Assembly (NCBI RefSeq): GCF_963921235.1
Contig: NC_086098.1
Location: 154,380,001 to 154,444,000 of the forward strand
DNA length: 64,000 nt
Reading direction: 5' to 3'
Origin: Mobula hypostoma
Lineage: Eukaryota
The translations under genes and the position numbers were made by a program. The notes beneath the pieces were generated by a model, which ran no database searches, was not told the origin of the DNA, and saw nothing but the letters and a program-made list of their open reading frames with translations. Of this stretch, positions 12,570-25,159 are shown one piece after another (the stretch's first letter is position 1; each line of letters begins with the position of its first letter).

Positions 12570-13720
12570 GATATAGAAATATCGAAAACCTACAGCACAA
12601 TACAGGCCCTTCAGGCCACAGAATTGTGCCGAACATGTCCTAACCTTAGAAATCACTAGGCTTACCGATAGCCCTCTATTTTACCAAGCTCCATGTACCT
12701 ATCTAAAAGTCTCTTAAAAGACCCTATCGTATCCGCCTCCACGTCGTTGCCGGCAGCCTATTCCACGCACTCACCACTCTCTGAGTACCCCTGACATCCC
12801 CTCTGTACCTGCTCCCCAGCACCTTACAACTGTGTCCTCTTGTGGCAACCATTTCAACCCTGGGAAAAAGCCTCTGACTATCCACACGATCAATGCCTCT
12901 CATCATCTTTAACACATCTATCAGGTCACCTCTCATCCTCCGTCGCTCCAAGGAGAAAAGAACGACGAGTTCGCGCAACCTATTCATATAACGTGTGCTC
13001 CCTAATCCAGGAAACATCCTTGTAAATCTCCTCTGCACTCTTTCTATGGCATCCACAACCTTCCTGTAGTGAGGTGACCAGAACTGAGCACAGTACTCGG
13101 AGTGAGGTCTGACCAGGGTCCTATATAGCTGCAACATTACGTCTCAACTCCTACATTCAATACCACGATTGCTGAAGACCAATACACCATACGCCTTCTT
13201 AACCACAGAGTCAACCTGCGCAGCTTCTTTGCGCGTCCTATGGCCTCGATCCCCCAAGATCCTTCGATCCTCCACACTGCCAAGATTCTTACCATTAATA
13301 CTATATTCTGCCATCATATTTGACCTACCAAAATGAACCACTTCACACTTATCTGGGTTGATCTCTATCTGCCACTTCTCAGCCCTGTTTTGCATCCAAT
13401 CAACGTCCTGCTGTAAATTCTGACAGCCCTCCACACTATCCACAACACCTCCAACCTTTGTGCCATCAGCAAACTTACTAAACTATCCCTCATCTTCCTC
13501 ATCCAGGGCATTTATAAAAATCACGAAGAGTAAGGGTCCCAGAACAGATCCCTGAGACACTCCACTGGTGACCGACCTCCGTGCAGAATATGGCCCGTCT
13601 TTACAACCACTCTTTGCCTTCTGTGGGCAAGCCAGTTCTGGATCTACAAAGCAATATCCCCTTGGTTCCCATGCCTCCTCAGTTTCGCAATAAGCCTTGC
13701 ATGGTGTACCTTATCAATGG
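12570..13720 (-). mobile_element. CR1 LINE 3' portion
   Basis: DWMQNRAEKWQIEINPDKCEVVHFG and LYRTLVRPHSEYCAQFWSPHY. Same subfamily as 22321-23370. Confidence 0.9.
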
Positions 13721-16700
13721 TTCAATGATTAGTGTGGGAGAAATGTGTCTGAGTTCGTGGTACATTAGCAACAGTACCAGGGAAGGAAAGGATTGATTTG
13801 ATTGGACGGGTTCCACATAAAACATACTGAGACGAAGGTCATGGTGAATCACATCAGGGCCGTGGATAGACTTTTAACCTAAATGTTGTGGGATGAGTTC
13901 AACATCTTGGAGAAGCATGGATAAATTGAAAGGAAAGAAGAGTGAGGAGATGTTAATGAAGTTTCCAGAACAATGAATACGATAAAACGTTTAGAATTTA
14001 ACTTCAAGCAATATGGGGACAAAATTGAAAAGAAAGTTCTTGGATATAGAACTGAGGGTGTTATATTTGAATGTACACAGTAAACTGAATACAGTGGATG
14101 GTCTCCTGGCCTAGTTGGAAATTGGTATTATGAATGTGGCATCACCGAGTCTTGGCTCAAAAAAATCATATTTGGATGGACGAGATGGGCGGCTTTGTTG
14201 AGAAAATAGGAAATCAGATCCTTAGAGGAAGTGACAGTGGATCAGAAAATGTAGAATCCTTGCTAGTAGAGTTTAGAAAACACAAGGGCAAAACCACCGT
14301 AATCCGAGTTAATTAAAGGCCTCCAAACAGTGGCAAAGATAGGGGGTACATTGATAACTGGATATAATAAAAAGGCATGTAAAAGTGTAGTTTTACGACA
14401 ATCATGGGGAATGTGATGTTCAAGTAGATTGGGGAAATCATTTTGATGCTAGATCTCAAGGGAATTAATTTGTAGAATGCCTGCAAGGTACCAATAGGGA
14501 AAAGGCAATTCTGCATTGGCTACTGTGTACTGAAGCAGATTTCTTTAGAAAGTTTTACCTAAAGCAACCTTTAGGAGGCAGCGGTCGTTGTATAATGGAC
14601 GGCCACGCAGTTTGAGTGGGAGAAGCGAAATTCGGATGTATCGTTTTTTCAATGTAGTAAATGTACATACAGAGGCATAAGAAAAGAGCTGACCGACGTT
14701 GATTGGAAATGGATACTCGTAGAGATAATGGGCAAGCAGTAATGGATGCAGTTCTGGGAATAATTCGGAAGACCAAGATCTGTTCATCCCAAAGAAGAAC
14801 AATAAAGGGAGGATACCACATTCGTGGTTGAAGTCAAAGACAGCATAAAAGCAAAAGAGAGGGAATATACCACAACATAAATTGGTAAGAGGATGGAGGG
14901 TTGGGACGCTTTTATAAATCAGAAGGCAACTAAAAAGCCATCTGGAGAAAAAAAGATGAAATATGAAGGTAAATTAGCCAAATATTAAAAGCAGCAAAAA
15001 TGTGAAGTAGGGATTTAGGAAGCTGTTAAAAACAAGAGAAGAGAAGTAAGTAGATAGGAATAAAAAGGATGAAAAAGAAGATTATATGTCCAATAATAAA
15101 AGAGGATGGCAAAGGCTTATTTAAAGATATACATATATATATATATATATATGAGAGGCACGAGTGCTGGAAAATCGCACAAGAGGGATATGAGTAGGAG
15201 ACAAAGAAACGATGGATGAAGTGAATATGTATTTTACTTTAGTATTCGCTATGGAAGATGCCAGAAATTCGACAGTCCGTGCACAAAACTGAATGTAGTC
15301 GCTATTACAATTGAGAAGGCTCTTGGGAATCTGAATGGTCTGAAAGTACATGAGTCAGGTCAACCAGATGGACTACTCCACAGGATTCTGAAATAAACAG
15401 AGTAAGAGATTGTGGAGGCATTCGCAGTGATCAACCAGGAATCCCTCGATTCTGGAAGCCTGGGCAACTGCAAATGTCACTCCATCTTGTAAGACGGAAG
15501 GAAGACAAAAGGCAGGCATTATAGGCCAGTTCCCCCGAATTAAATGGTTTGCAAGATGTTAGAATCCAATATTAAAGATGAGGCGTCCGGATACATTGAC
15601 GTACAAGACAAAATAGACCGAAGTAAACATTCTTTCCTTCCGGGAAAAAACTCGCCTGACAAATCTTTTGGAATTATTTCAGGAATCAACGGGCAGGATA
15701 GGCAAAGGTTTACTTGAACTTTCAGAAGGTCTTTGACGACTTTCCGCACACGAAGCTGCTAAGGAAGATAACAGCCAACTGTACAAGGGGTGATTGATAA
15801 GTTCGTGGCCCAAGGTAGAAGCAGTCCATTTTAGAAAACCTAGCACACTTATTTTTCAACGTCGGCCCCTCCTACATGTACACACTTAGTCCAACAGTTG
15901 TGGAGCATACGGATCCCTTCTTTGTAGAAGTGGTCCACAGCAGGGGTGATTAACACGTTCGTAGCCTAAGGCAGAAGGAGATGTGTTATTAACTTCAAAC
16001 TTTCTGCATTATCACGCAAAGTGTTGAACTGCACGTGCACGTAACGAGAGCGGTATAACTCATCTCCGTCTACCTTAGGCCACGAACTTATCAATCACCC
16101 CTGCTGAATTTCCAATACGCTCTCATTACATGCACGTGCAGTTCAACTCTTTGAGTGGTAATGCAGAAAGTTTGAAGTTAATAGTTCATCTCCTTCTACC
16201 ATAGGCCACGAACTTATCAATCACCCCTGCTGTGGACCATTTCTGCAAAGAAGGGATCCATATGTTCGACGACCGCTGCACTAAGTGTGTACATGTAGGA
16301 GGGGGGCATATTGAAAAATAATTGTGCCCAGTTTTCTAAAATTGACTCCTTCTACCTAAGGCCACGAACCTATCAATCACCCCTCGTATTAAGATTGGCT
16401 GAATGGCAGAAGGCAAAGGGTTGGAATAACGGATTCACTTTTATACTTGGCTGCCTGAGACTAGTGATAATTGGCAGGGGGCCGTAAGTGGTCCGGTAAT
16501 TTTCACCTTTTATGTTAATAAAGTGGAGGACGAAATTGATGGCTTCCTTGCCAGATTTGCGGATGATGCGAAACATAGTTGGAGGGGCAGACAGTGTTGA
16601 GTAAGTAGGGAGGTTGAGGAACCACTTGGACAGATGAGGAAAATGGGTAAAGAAGGGGCAAATGCAACAGAGCCTATGGAGGTGAATGATTATGTACCCT

Positions 16701-17020
16701 GTTTGAAGCGTTTGATAGTTTGAGTATGTGATTGTTGTAGTTGAAATGAATGAGTGGCGGTAAGGAGAATCTCATTGATACCTGCCGAATATTGAAAGAC
16801 CTTGAAGGAGTAGAAGTAAAAAAAGCCTTTTCAGCAACGGAAGAATCTTCAACCCGACGGCACTGTCTCGAAATCGAAGGATGTCCCTTTAGAACACACG
16901 CGAGGAGGAATTTCTTTAACCACAATGTGGTAAATCTGTGAAATTTATTGCTACAGACGGCTGTGGAGGCCAGGTCATTTGGTACCTTGAAATCAGAGGT
17001 TGCTAGTCTCTTAATTAAGG
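13720..17020 (+). mobile_element. Old, heavily degraded CR1 LINE (APE to RT to 3' end), interrupted by a MITE
   Basis: Scattered remnants: VESLLVEFRKHKGKTT, ggcattataggccagt (NYRP-like), tttgcggatgatgcgaa (FADD), NFFNHNVVNL; many stops. Confidence 0.7.
15784..16386. mobile_element. Palindromic Tc1/mariner-type MITE (603 bp) flanked by TA
   Basis: TA|CAAGGGGTGATTGATAAGTTCGTGGCC...GGCCACGAACCTATCAATCACCCCTCG|TA. The two arms of about 270 bp are reverse complements; no ORF. Confidence 0.85.
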
Positions 17021-17039
17021 TCACAGCTACAGAAAGGGT

Positions 17040-19650
17040 GGGTAATGTGGCAGGATCCTCTTTTGAGTAAGTATGGGTGGAAGTCAGGAAGAGTAAGGGA
17101 GCAGTTACTCTATTGGGGGTATTCTATAGGCCCCCTGTAGCAGCAGAGATACAGAGGAGCAGATTGGGAGGCAGATTTTGGAAAGGTGCAAAAATAACAG
17201 GGTTGTTATCATGGGTGACTTTAACTTCCCTAACATTGATTGGCACCTGATTAGTTCCAAGGGTTTAGATGGGGCACAGTTTGTTAAATGTGTCTAGGAC
17301 AGATACCGGTCAGAGTATGTGGACAGGCCGACGAGGGGAATGCCATACTAGATCTAGTACTAGGTAATGAACCGGGTCAGGTCACAGATCTCTCAGTGGG
17401 TCAGCATCTGGGGGACAGTGGCCACCGCTCCCTGGCCTTTAGCATTATCATGGAAAAGGATAGAATCAGAGAGGACAGGAAAATTTTTAATTGGAGAAGG
17501 GCAAATTATGAGGCTATTAGGCTAGAACTTGCGGGTGTGAATTGGGATGATGTTTTTGCAGGGAAATGTACGATGAACATGTGGTCGATGTTTAGAGATC
17601 TCTTACAGGATATTAGGGATAAATTTGTCCCGGTGAGGAAGATAAAGAATGGTAGGATGAAGGAACCATGGGTGACAAGTGAGGTGGAATATCTAGTCAG
17701 GTGGAAGAAGGCAGCATACATGAGGTTTAGGAAGCAAGGATCACATGGGTCTATTGAGAAATATAGGGAAGCAAGGAAGGAGCTTAAGAAGGGCTCAGAA
17801 GAGCAAGAAGGGGGCATGAGAAGGCCTTGGCGAGTAGGGTAAAGGAAAACCCCAAGGCATTCTTCAATTATCTGAACAGCAAAAGGATGACAAGAGTGGA
17901 TGTAGGACCGATCGGAGATAAAAGTGGGAAGATGTGCCTGGAGGCTGTGGAAGTGAGGGAGGTCCTCAATGAATACTTCTCTTCGGTATTCACCAATGAG
18001 AGGGAACGTGATGACAGTGAGGATAATATGAGGGAGGTTGATGTTCTGGAGCATGTTGATATTAAGGGACAGGAGGTGTTGGAGTTGCTAAAGTACATTA
18101 GGACGGATAAGTCCCCGGGGCCTGACGGAATATTCCCCAGGCTGCTCCACGAGGAGAGGGAAGAGATTGGTGAGCCTCTGGCTAGGATCATTATGCCCTC
18201 GTTGGGAATGGTATCGGAGGATTGGAGGGAGGCGAATGTTGTCCCCTTGTTCAAAAAAAGTAGTAGGGATAGTCCGGGTAATGATAGACCAGTGAGCCTT
18301 ACGTCTGTGGTGGGAAAGTTGTTGGAAAAGATTCTTAGAGATAGGATCTCTGGGCATTTAGAGAATCATGGTCTGATCGGGGACAGTCAGCATGGCTTTG
18401 TGAAGGGCAGATCGTGTCTAACAAGCTTGATAGAATTCTTTGAGGAGGTGAGCAGGCATATAGATGAGGGTAGTGCGGTGGATGTGATCTATATGGATTT
18501 TAGTAAGGCATTTTACAAGAATCCACATGGTAGGCTTATTCAGAAAGTCAGATGGCATGGAATCCAGGGAAGTTTGGCCAGGTGGATTCAGAATTGACTT
18601 GCCTGCAGAAGGCAGAGTGTCGTGGTGGAGGGAGTACATTCAGATTGGAGGATTGTGACTAGTGGTGTCCCACAAGGATCTGTTCTGGGACCTCTACTTT
18701 TCGTGATTTTTATTAACGACCTGGATGTCGGGGTAGAAGTGTGGGTTGGCAAGTTTGCAGACGACACAAAGGTTGGTGGTGTTGTAGATAGTGTAGAGGA
18801 TTGTCAGAGATTGCAGAGAGGCATTGATAGGATGCAGAAGTGGGCTGAGAAGTGGCAGATGGAGTTCAACCCGGAGAAGTGTGAGGAGGTACACTTTGGA
18901 AGGACAAACTCCAAGGCAGAGTACAAAGTAAATGGCAAGATACCTGGTAGTGTGGAGGAGCAGAGGGATCTGGGGTTACATGTCCACAGATCCCTGAAAG
19001 TTGCCTCACAGGTGGATAGGGTAGTTAAGAAAGCTTATGGGGTGTTAGCTTTCATAAGTCGAGGGATAGAGTTTAAGAGTCGCAATGTAATGATGCAGCT
19101 CTATAAAACTCTGGTTAGGCCACACTTGGAGCACTGTGTCCCATTCTGGTCACCTCACTATAAGAAGGATGTGGAAGCATTGGAAAGGGTACAAAGGAGT
19201 TTTACCAGGATGCTGCCTGGTTTAGAGAGTATGCATTATGATCAGAGATTAAGGGAGCTAGGGCTTTACTCTTTGGAGAGAAGGAGGATGAGAGGAGGCA
19301 TGTTAGAGGTGTACAAGATAATAAGAGGAATTGATAGAGTGGATAGGCAGCGCCTCTTCCCCAGGGCACCACTGCTCAATACAAGAGGACATGGCTTTAA
19401 GGTAAGGGGTGGGAAGTTCAATGGGGATATTAGAGGAAGGTTCTTTACTCAGAGAGTGGTTGGTGCGTGGAATGCACTGCCTGAGTCAGTGGTGGAGGCA
19501 GATACACTAGTGAAGTTTAAGAGACTACTAGACAGGTACATGGAGGAATTTAAGGTGGGGGCTTATATGGGAGGCAGGGTTTGAGGGTCAGCACAGCATT
19601 GTGGGCCGAAGGGCCTGTACTGTGCTGTACCATTCTATGTTCTATGTTCT
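17040..19650 (+). mobile_element. Relatively young CR1 LINE, ORF2 from within the APE domain to the 3' end, with two lesions
   Basis: ORFs 17288-17842, 17827-18597 and 18622-19584 join into ORF2 via an apparent 1-nt deletion near 17790 and TGA at 18595-18597 (expected TGG). RT motifs GVPQGSVLGPLLF and KFADDTK; tail attctatgttctatgttct. Confidence 0.93.
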
Positions 19651-19895
19651 TTTAAAGGTTACCGAGTGAAGGCAAAGATTGGGGTCGAGTGGCAAAATAA
19701 ATCAGCCACGGTGGAATAAAGAAGCAGATCCACATGACGTACTTCCGCACCGATATCTCATGACCATATGACGTTATCAATGTCGGAGCAGGAGCGGGAG
19801 CACGAAGTGCCGACTGCTACCAGTTGTAATACTTCTAAATTCAAAGCCATTAAAAATGAATTTATTCTTAAATGCACATTTCCTTCTATTTTCAG

Positions 19896-20218
19896 TTCCT
19901 CGACCTCCGGTTGTGTCCGTGTTCCGGCCTTCAGAGGAAGAAATCGCGAAAAAGAGCACCGTCACCCTGGTGTGTTTGGTGAGCGGCTTTCATCCAGAAA
20001 CTGTGGACATCGAGTGGACGGTGGACGGCAGTACGAGAAGGAATGGTGTCGAGACTGGCCGGGTACAGCAGGAACCGGATAACACATTCAGTGCGAACAG
20101 CTACCTGACTCTGACTGCCTCAGAATGGAGCGCACAAGAGCAATTCTCGTGTGTGGTGAACCACGAGACTCGTGCAACCCCGCTGCAGGCAACGATCGCG
20201 AGATCTGGTTATACCTAA
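19896..20218 (+). CDS. IGL: IgL cluster A constant (C1-set) exon, lacking the C-terminal cysteine
   Basis: Acceptor ccttctattttcAG ends at 19895. (I)PRPPVVSVFRPSEEEIAKKSTVTLVCLVSGFHP...EWTVDG...SYLTLTASEW...FSCVVNHE...ARSGYT-stop. 323 nt, phase matches the VJ donor. Confidence 0.93.
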
Positions 20219-21225
20219 TCAAGGATCCTTCTCACTATTCTGTTATTCTCTTTCTCTGCGCATTGCGTGTTGGTCTTGATCTTTTATTGTTCTTTTCGGG
20301 TTTCTTGCTATGACAAAATTCAAGGGTGTATAATTTATACCTTTGATAACAAATGTACTCTCAATCCATTAATCTTTATTTTCCAATCTATATCTTTTTT
20401 TGGGAAGAATCTGTCGAATCAGAAGAGTTGAGTATTTTCACGAGGATATTGCGAACTCCAATATGAATTAAAGTTCGATGAAACTTGATAAACGAACCTG
20501 AATAATAAACTGTCGTTTGGATTAACTCACAAACTGTTGTTTTTTTTCCTGGCAGATGGCTCTGTCCCAATGAGTCGCGCTTTTCCATATTTGATGAGCT
20601 CGTGGAATAGTGAGATTATTATGGAGCTCTGGAGAAAGGGGGTAACTAAATTAGAAAATTCCACTTGTCCTTAGCAAGGCGGACTCATTTATAAATGCAG
20701 TAACCTGTGCGTTTATTTGAGTGTGGCCATGTGTGCGTGTGTGTTTCCCTCTATCTGTGCGCGCGAGGGTCTGCGTCCTTCTGTGTATGTGTTGGGATAG
20801 ATGGAATGGACATTGAATGGAGCTGGATAAAACTATTAATGAAAACTGAAATTTTGGAAGGAAATACAAATCTGCATATTCTGGAAATTATAATCAGAAT
20901 CCGAAGATACTACAGTCACTCAGCAGACCAGAGAGCCCCGGAGAAGGGGATCGCTGTAAAGACTGTTAACTCAGACAAAGGTGCAATCGAGTGATTTGAA
21001 GTTTGAGGACAAGTGGCACTCTGAACTGACATGCCTGAATAGTTACAAGCCCGGTAGGTACGGAAAAACATACTTGTGCCCGACATATTCACATGATCAG
21101 TGCATTCGCATTGTTTATTTTTCTTTGAAATAAAACCAATAATTTTTACATTTTATACAGAACTGTCTTTGATGCATTTGGTTCAATAGAACTGTAAAAC
21201 GTCGACCCGTTTTCAGATCAATAGG

Positions 21226-21545
21226 TGTTGGCGTGTGGCCAAGTGGTTAAGACATTCGTCTAGTGATCTGAGGGTCACCAGCTCGAGCCTTGGCTGAGGC
21301 AGCGTGTTGTGTCCTTGAGCAAGGCACTTAACCACACATTGCTCTGCGATGAGGCGACAGCGGTGCCAAGCTGTATGGGTCCTAATGCCCTTACCTTGGA
21401 CAAAATCGGTGGCGTGGAGGGGGGAGACTTGCAGCATGGGCAACTGCTGGTCTTCCATACAACCTTGCCCAGGCCTGCGCCCTGGAAACCTTCCAAGGCG
21501 CAAATCCATGGTCTTACGAGACTAACAGATGCCCTATAAAAAAGG
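21226..21545 (+). mobile_element. tRNA-derived SINE
   Basis: A-box-like TGGCCAAGTGG, degenerate B-box (agctcgagcc), body containing GTGTCCTTGAGCAAGGCACTTAAC, short A-rich end. No cloverleaf 3' arm, so not a tRNA gene. Confidence 0.7.
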
Positions 21546-22186
21546 TAAGAAGAATAGGACAGAAGAAGTAGACGTTTTATCTATTCAAGTCCTTTCTATC
21601 TTGCAAAATCGTGCATTTCTCTGATATGACTCTATCGCCCCTCAGATTTACAAAACAAAACTATCAAAATTTAGGAATAAAAGGAAGTGTATTATTATGT
21701 TGAACATTTAAAAAGTAAAACAATAAACATGCCAAAAGACATTTCTTGCATCAAAAGTCTTAGAGCATTACCTAGCATTAATGTCCGATATCAGATGGAT
21801 GTAGCTCTCTCTCACTCTCATATTTAAATTCACAATAAATAATACCGAACTGGCAGCTGGAAGTGTGCACAAAAGAAACAAGATTTCGAAATCGCTGACA
21901 TCTGGGAATGCTTCTTCTTTCGGTTCCCGATTTACGATTCATTGGCCTCAAGTTGCTGCCATTCTGAGGAGTGGGAGGCTTACGGAAACCATGCGGTTTG
22001 GAATTAACCTAAAGTGATTGACTGATAAATAGCCACCTTTGGAGATCATGCAAACACTTTTGTTATATTTTAGGAAATGGAATCCACTTCCTAGATTTTA
22101 AATTGATGTTCAAAGTACCATCTTCATAATGAGCCTGATTCAACACAGAAAAACATACTTTCAAGCTATACGTGGATGAGAAAATA

Positions 22187-24835
22187 CATTGTCTATAAAA
22201 ATATCCGACCCCCAGCCACAAGTGATTTAATGTTTTACAACATTAAATCTCTGTGGATTAAATTTGGCTTCTTGGCATTTTGACACTGATCAACAGAAAA
22301 AGACTATTTCGTGAAAAATGTAACTGGCTTGCCCACAGAAGGCAAACTGTGGTTGTAGACAGGTCATGTTCGGCATGGAGGTTGGTCACCAGTGGTGTGC
22401 CTCAGGGATCTGTTCTGGGACCCTTACTCTTCGTGATTTGTATAAACGACCTGGATGAGGAAGTGGAGGGATGGGTTAGTAAGTTTGCTGATGACACAAC
22501 GGTTGGAGGTGTTGTGGATAGTGTGGAGGGCTGTCAGAGGTTACAGCGGGATATTGTTAGGATGCAGAACTGGGCTGAGAAGTGGCAGATGGAGTTCAAC
22601 CCAGATAAGTGTGAAGTGGTTCATTTTGGTAGGTTAAATATGATGGCAGAATATAGTATTAATGGTAAGACTCTTGGCAGTGTGGAGGATCAGAAAGATC
22701 TAGGGGTCCGAGTCCATTGGACACTCAAAGCAGCTGCGCAGGTTGACTCTGTGGTTAAGAAGGCATACGTAGAAATGGATTTACGAGCCGGGAGGTTATG
22801 TTGCAGCTATATCGGACCACGGTAAGACCACACTTGGAGTACTGTGCTCAGTTCTGGTCGCCTCACTACAGGAAGAATATGGAAGCCTCAGAAATGGTGC
22901 AGAAGAGATTTACAAGGACGTCGCTTGGATTGGGGAGCACACATTATGTGAATAGGTTGAGTGATCTCGTCGTTCCTTTCTCCTTGGAGCGACGGAGGAT
23001 GAGAGGTGACCTGATAGAGGTGTACAAACTGATGAGAGGCATTGATCGTGTGGATAGTCAGAGGCTTTTTCCCGGGCTGAAATGCTTGCCACAAGAGGAC
23101 ACAGGTTTATGGTGCTGGGGAGTAGGTACAGAGGAGATGTCAAGGGTACTTAGAGAGTGGTGAGTGCGTGAAATGGGTTGCCGGCAATGGTGGTGGGGGT
23201 ACAGCGATAGGGTCTTTTAAGAGACTTTTAGATAGATACATGGAACTTGGAAAAATAGAGGGCTATAGGTTAGCCTGGTAATTTCTAAGGTAGGAACATG
23301 TTCGACACAACTTTGTGGGCCGAAGGGCCTGTATTGTTCTGTATGTTTTCTATGTTTCTGTGTTTCTATGTAAAAAGTGAAAACAGATTTCTACAAAGTG
23401 ATCTAAGTGAATGACAAATAAAAAACACAAAATAATTGATTGCATAAGTATTCACTCCCTTCAAGTCACTATTCAGTAGATGAATCTTTGGCAGGAATTA
23501 CACTCTTGCATCTGTGTGGATAAGTCTCCATCAGCTTTGCACATTTGGACACTACAATTTTATCTCTAATCTTCATACAAAACTGCTCAGGCTCTGTCAG
23601 ATTGCATGGGGATCGTGAGCGAACAGCCCTTTTCAAGTCCAGCACAAATTGTCAAATTGCGGTCTGGACTCTGACCTGACCATTCTAGGACATTAACTTC
23701 GTTGTCTTAAGCCATTCCTGTGTAGTTCTGGCTTTTTGCTTGGGGTCATTCCATTGCTGGGATACAAATCTTCTCCCACGTCACAATTACCTTGCAGACG
23801 GCATTAGGTTTCCCTTCAGGATTCCTCTCTGTTTTGCTGCATTCACTTTACCCTCAACCTTCACAAGCTTTCCAGGGCCTTCTGCACTGGAGAATCCCCA
23901 CAACATAATGCAGCCAGCACCCTGCTTCCTGGTAGGTTCGGGTGTTTTTGATATTATGGTGTGTTTGGCTTACACCAAATGTAGCCCTTCGTCTGATGGC
24001 CAAAAAGCATCATTTTGGTTCAATCAGACCATAGAACCTTCTTCGAGCTGACCTCTGGCAAACTCTAGCAGAGATTTCATGTGACCTTCTTTTCTTTCTC
24101 TTTGAAGACAACGAGAGGCTTTCTTTGCCACTCTCTCATAAAGCTGCAATTGGTGAAGTGCCCGGGCAGTAGTTGTTGTATGCGCAGTCTCTCCCATCTC
24201 AGCCAGTGAAGCTTGTAACTCCTCCAGAGTTGTCACAGTTATCACAGTTCTCTTGGTGATCACTCAGTTTTTGAGGACGACAAGCTCTAAGCAGATTTCC
24301 AGTTGTGCCATATTTATTCCATTTCTTGATGACTGGCTTAAAAGTGACTTGAAAAAGTTCTTGTATCCATCTCCTGGCTTGTGTTTTTTTTTTTTTTTTG
24401 CAGAGTTGCTTGGAGTGTTCTTTTGTATTCATGGTGTAGTTTTTGCCACGATACTTCCTCATCAGAAGCAGGACCTTCCAGATACAGGTATATATTTACT
24501 GTAATCAATCAAAGCACCTTGACTGTGCACAAGCTTCCAAAAACAGATCTCCATTAAGCTAATTATATGACTTCTAAAACCAACTGGATGCACCTGTACT
24601 GTTTTGCTGTGTCATATTAAAGGAGGCGAATACTTTTGCAATCAACCATTTTGTGTTTTATGTTTGTAATTAATGTAGATCAATTTGTAAAGATTTGTTT
24701 TCACTTTGACAAGAAAAGGTCTTTTCTGCGGATCAGTGTCAAAAGGAGCCAAATTAAATCCACTGTGATTCAATGTTGTAAAACAACAAAACATCAAAAA
24801 CATCCGGGGGGAGTGAATACATTTTATAGGAACTG
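22187..24835 (-). mobile_element. Tc1-family DNA transposon (long IR/DR type) with decayed transposase, split by a CR1 insertion
   Basis: TA-flanked ends (22185-22186, 24836-24837). IRs of about 220 bp with inner direct repeats at 23438-23460 and 24621-24643. Minus-strand transposase remnants (VIKKWNKYGTTGNLLRACRPQKLS, TLEELQASLAEMG, SLLEFARGQLE). About 1.6 kb after removing the CR1. Confidence 0.85.
22321..23370 (+). mobile_element. 5'-truncated CR1 LINE inserted in the Tc1 inverted repeat
   Basis: GVPQGSVLGPLLF, KFADDTT, RPHLEYCAQFWSPHY; tail tatgtttctgtgtttctatg. Tc1 IR sequence lies on both sides. Confidence 0.9.
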
Positions 24836-25159
24836 TAACTGAACACAACAAAATTTTACGTAATTTTGGTATTTTTGTCATTAACTTTGCGGTAGTTCAG
24901 TTTTTTTTTCATTCTCAATCCATAGTGACATTGACGTTTAGAACTGCATGAGCCCACTACAGCTTCCTCTCATTTTATTTCTCCCTAAGTAAGAGCCTAT
25001 GGAAGGAATAGAAATCTTCAAACAAAAACGGAGAAGAAAAGCAAAGAAATATACGTCGTAGACGCCATTCGGTTGAAATGTTAAACTCTATTTTCCCCTT
25101 GCAACTACAAATGTTATGTGGCTTGCTGAGTACTCCCTGTATTCGCGGATTTTGTTCCA

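Noticed and set aside
15784-16386. CRISPR-like repeat-spacer pattern
   Set aside because: Repeats are in both orientations, the spacers are themselves inverted copies, and the context is a vertebrate TA-flanked MITE.
17506-18054. 182-aa minus-strand ORF and similar ORFs opposite CR1, Rex or gag sequence
   Set aside because: Shadow frames of transposon coding regions.
21226-21300. tRNA gene
   Set aside because: A-box present but B-box degenerate and no acceptor stem; continues into a SINE body.
24761-24767. RSS heptamer CACTGTG
   Set aside because: Part of the Tc1 inverted repeat; no nonamer at 12/23 spacing recognised and no V or J segment adjacent.
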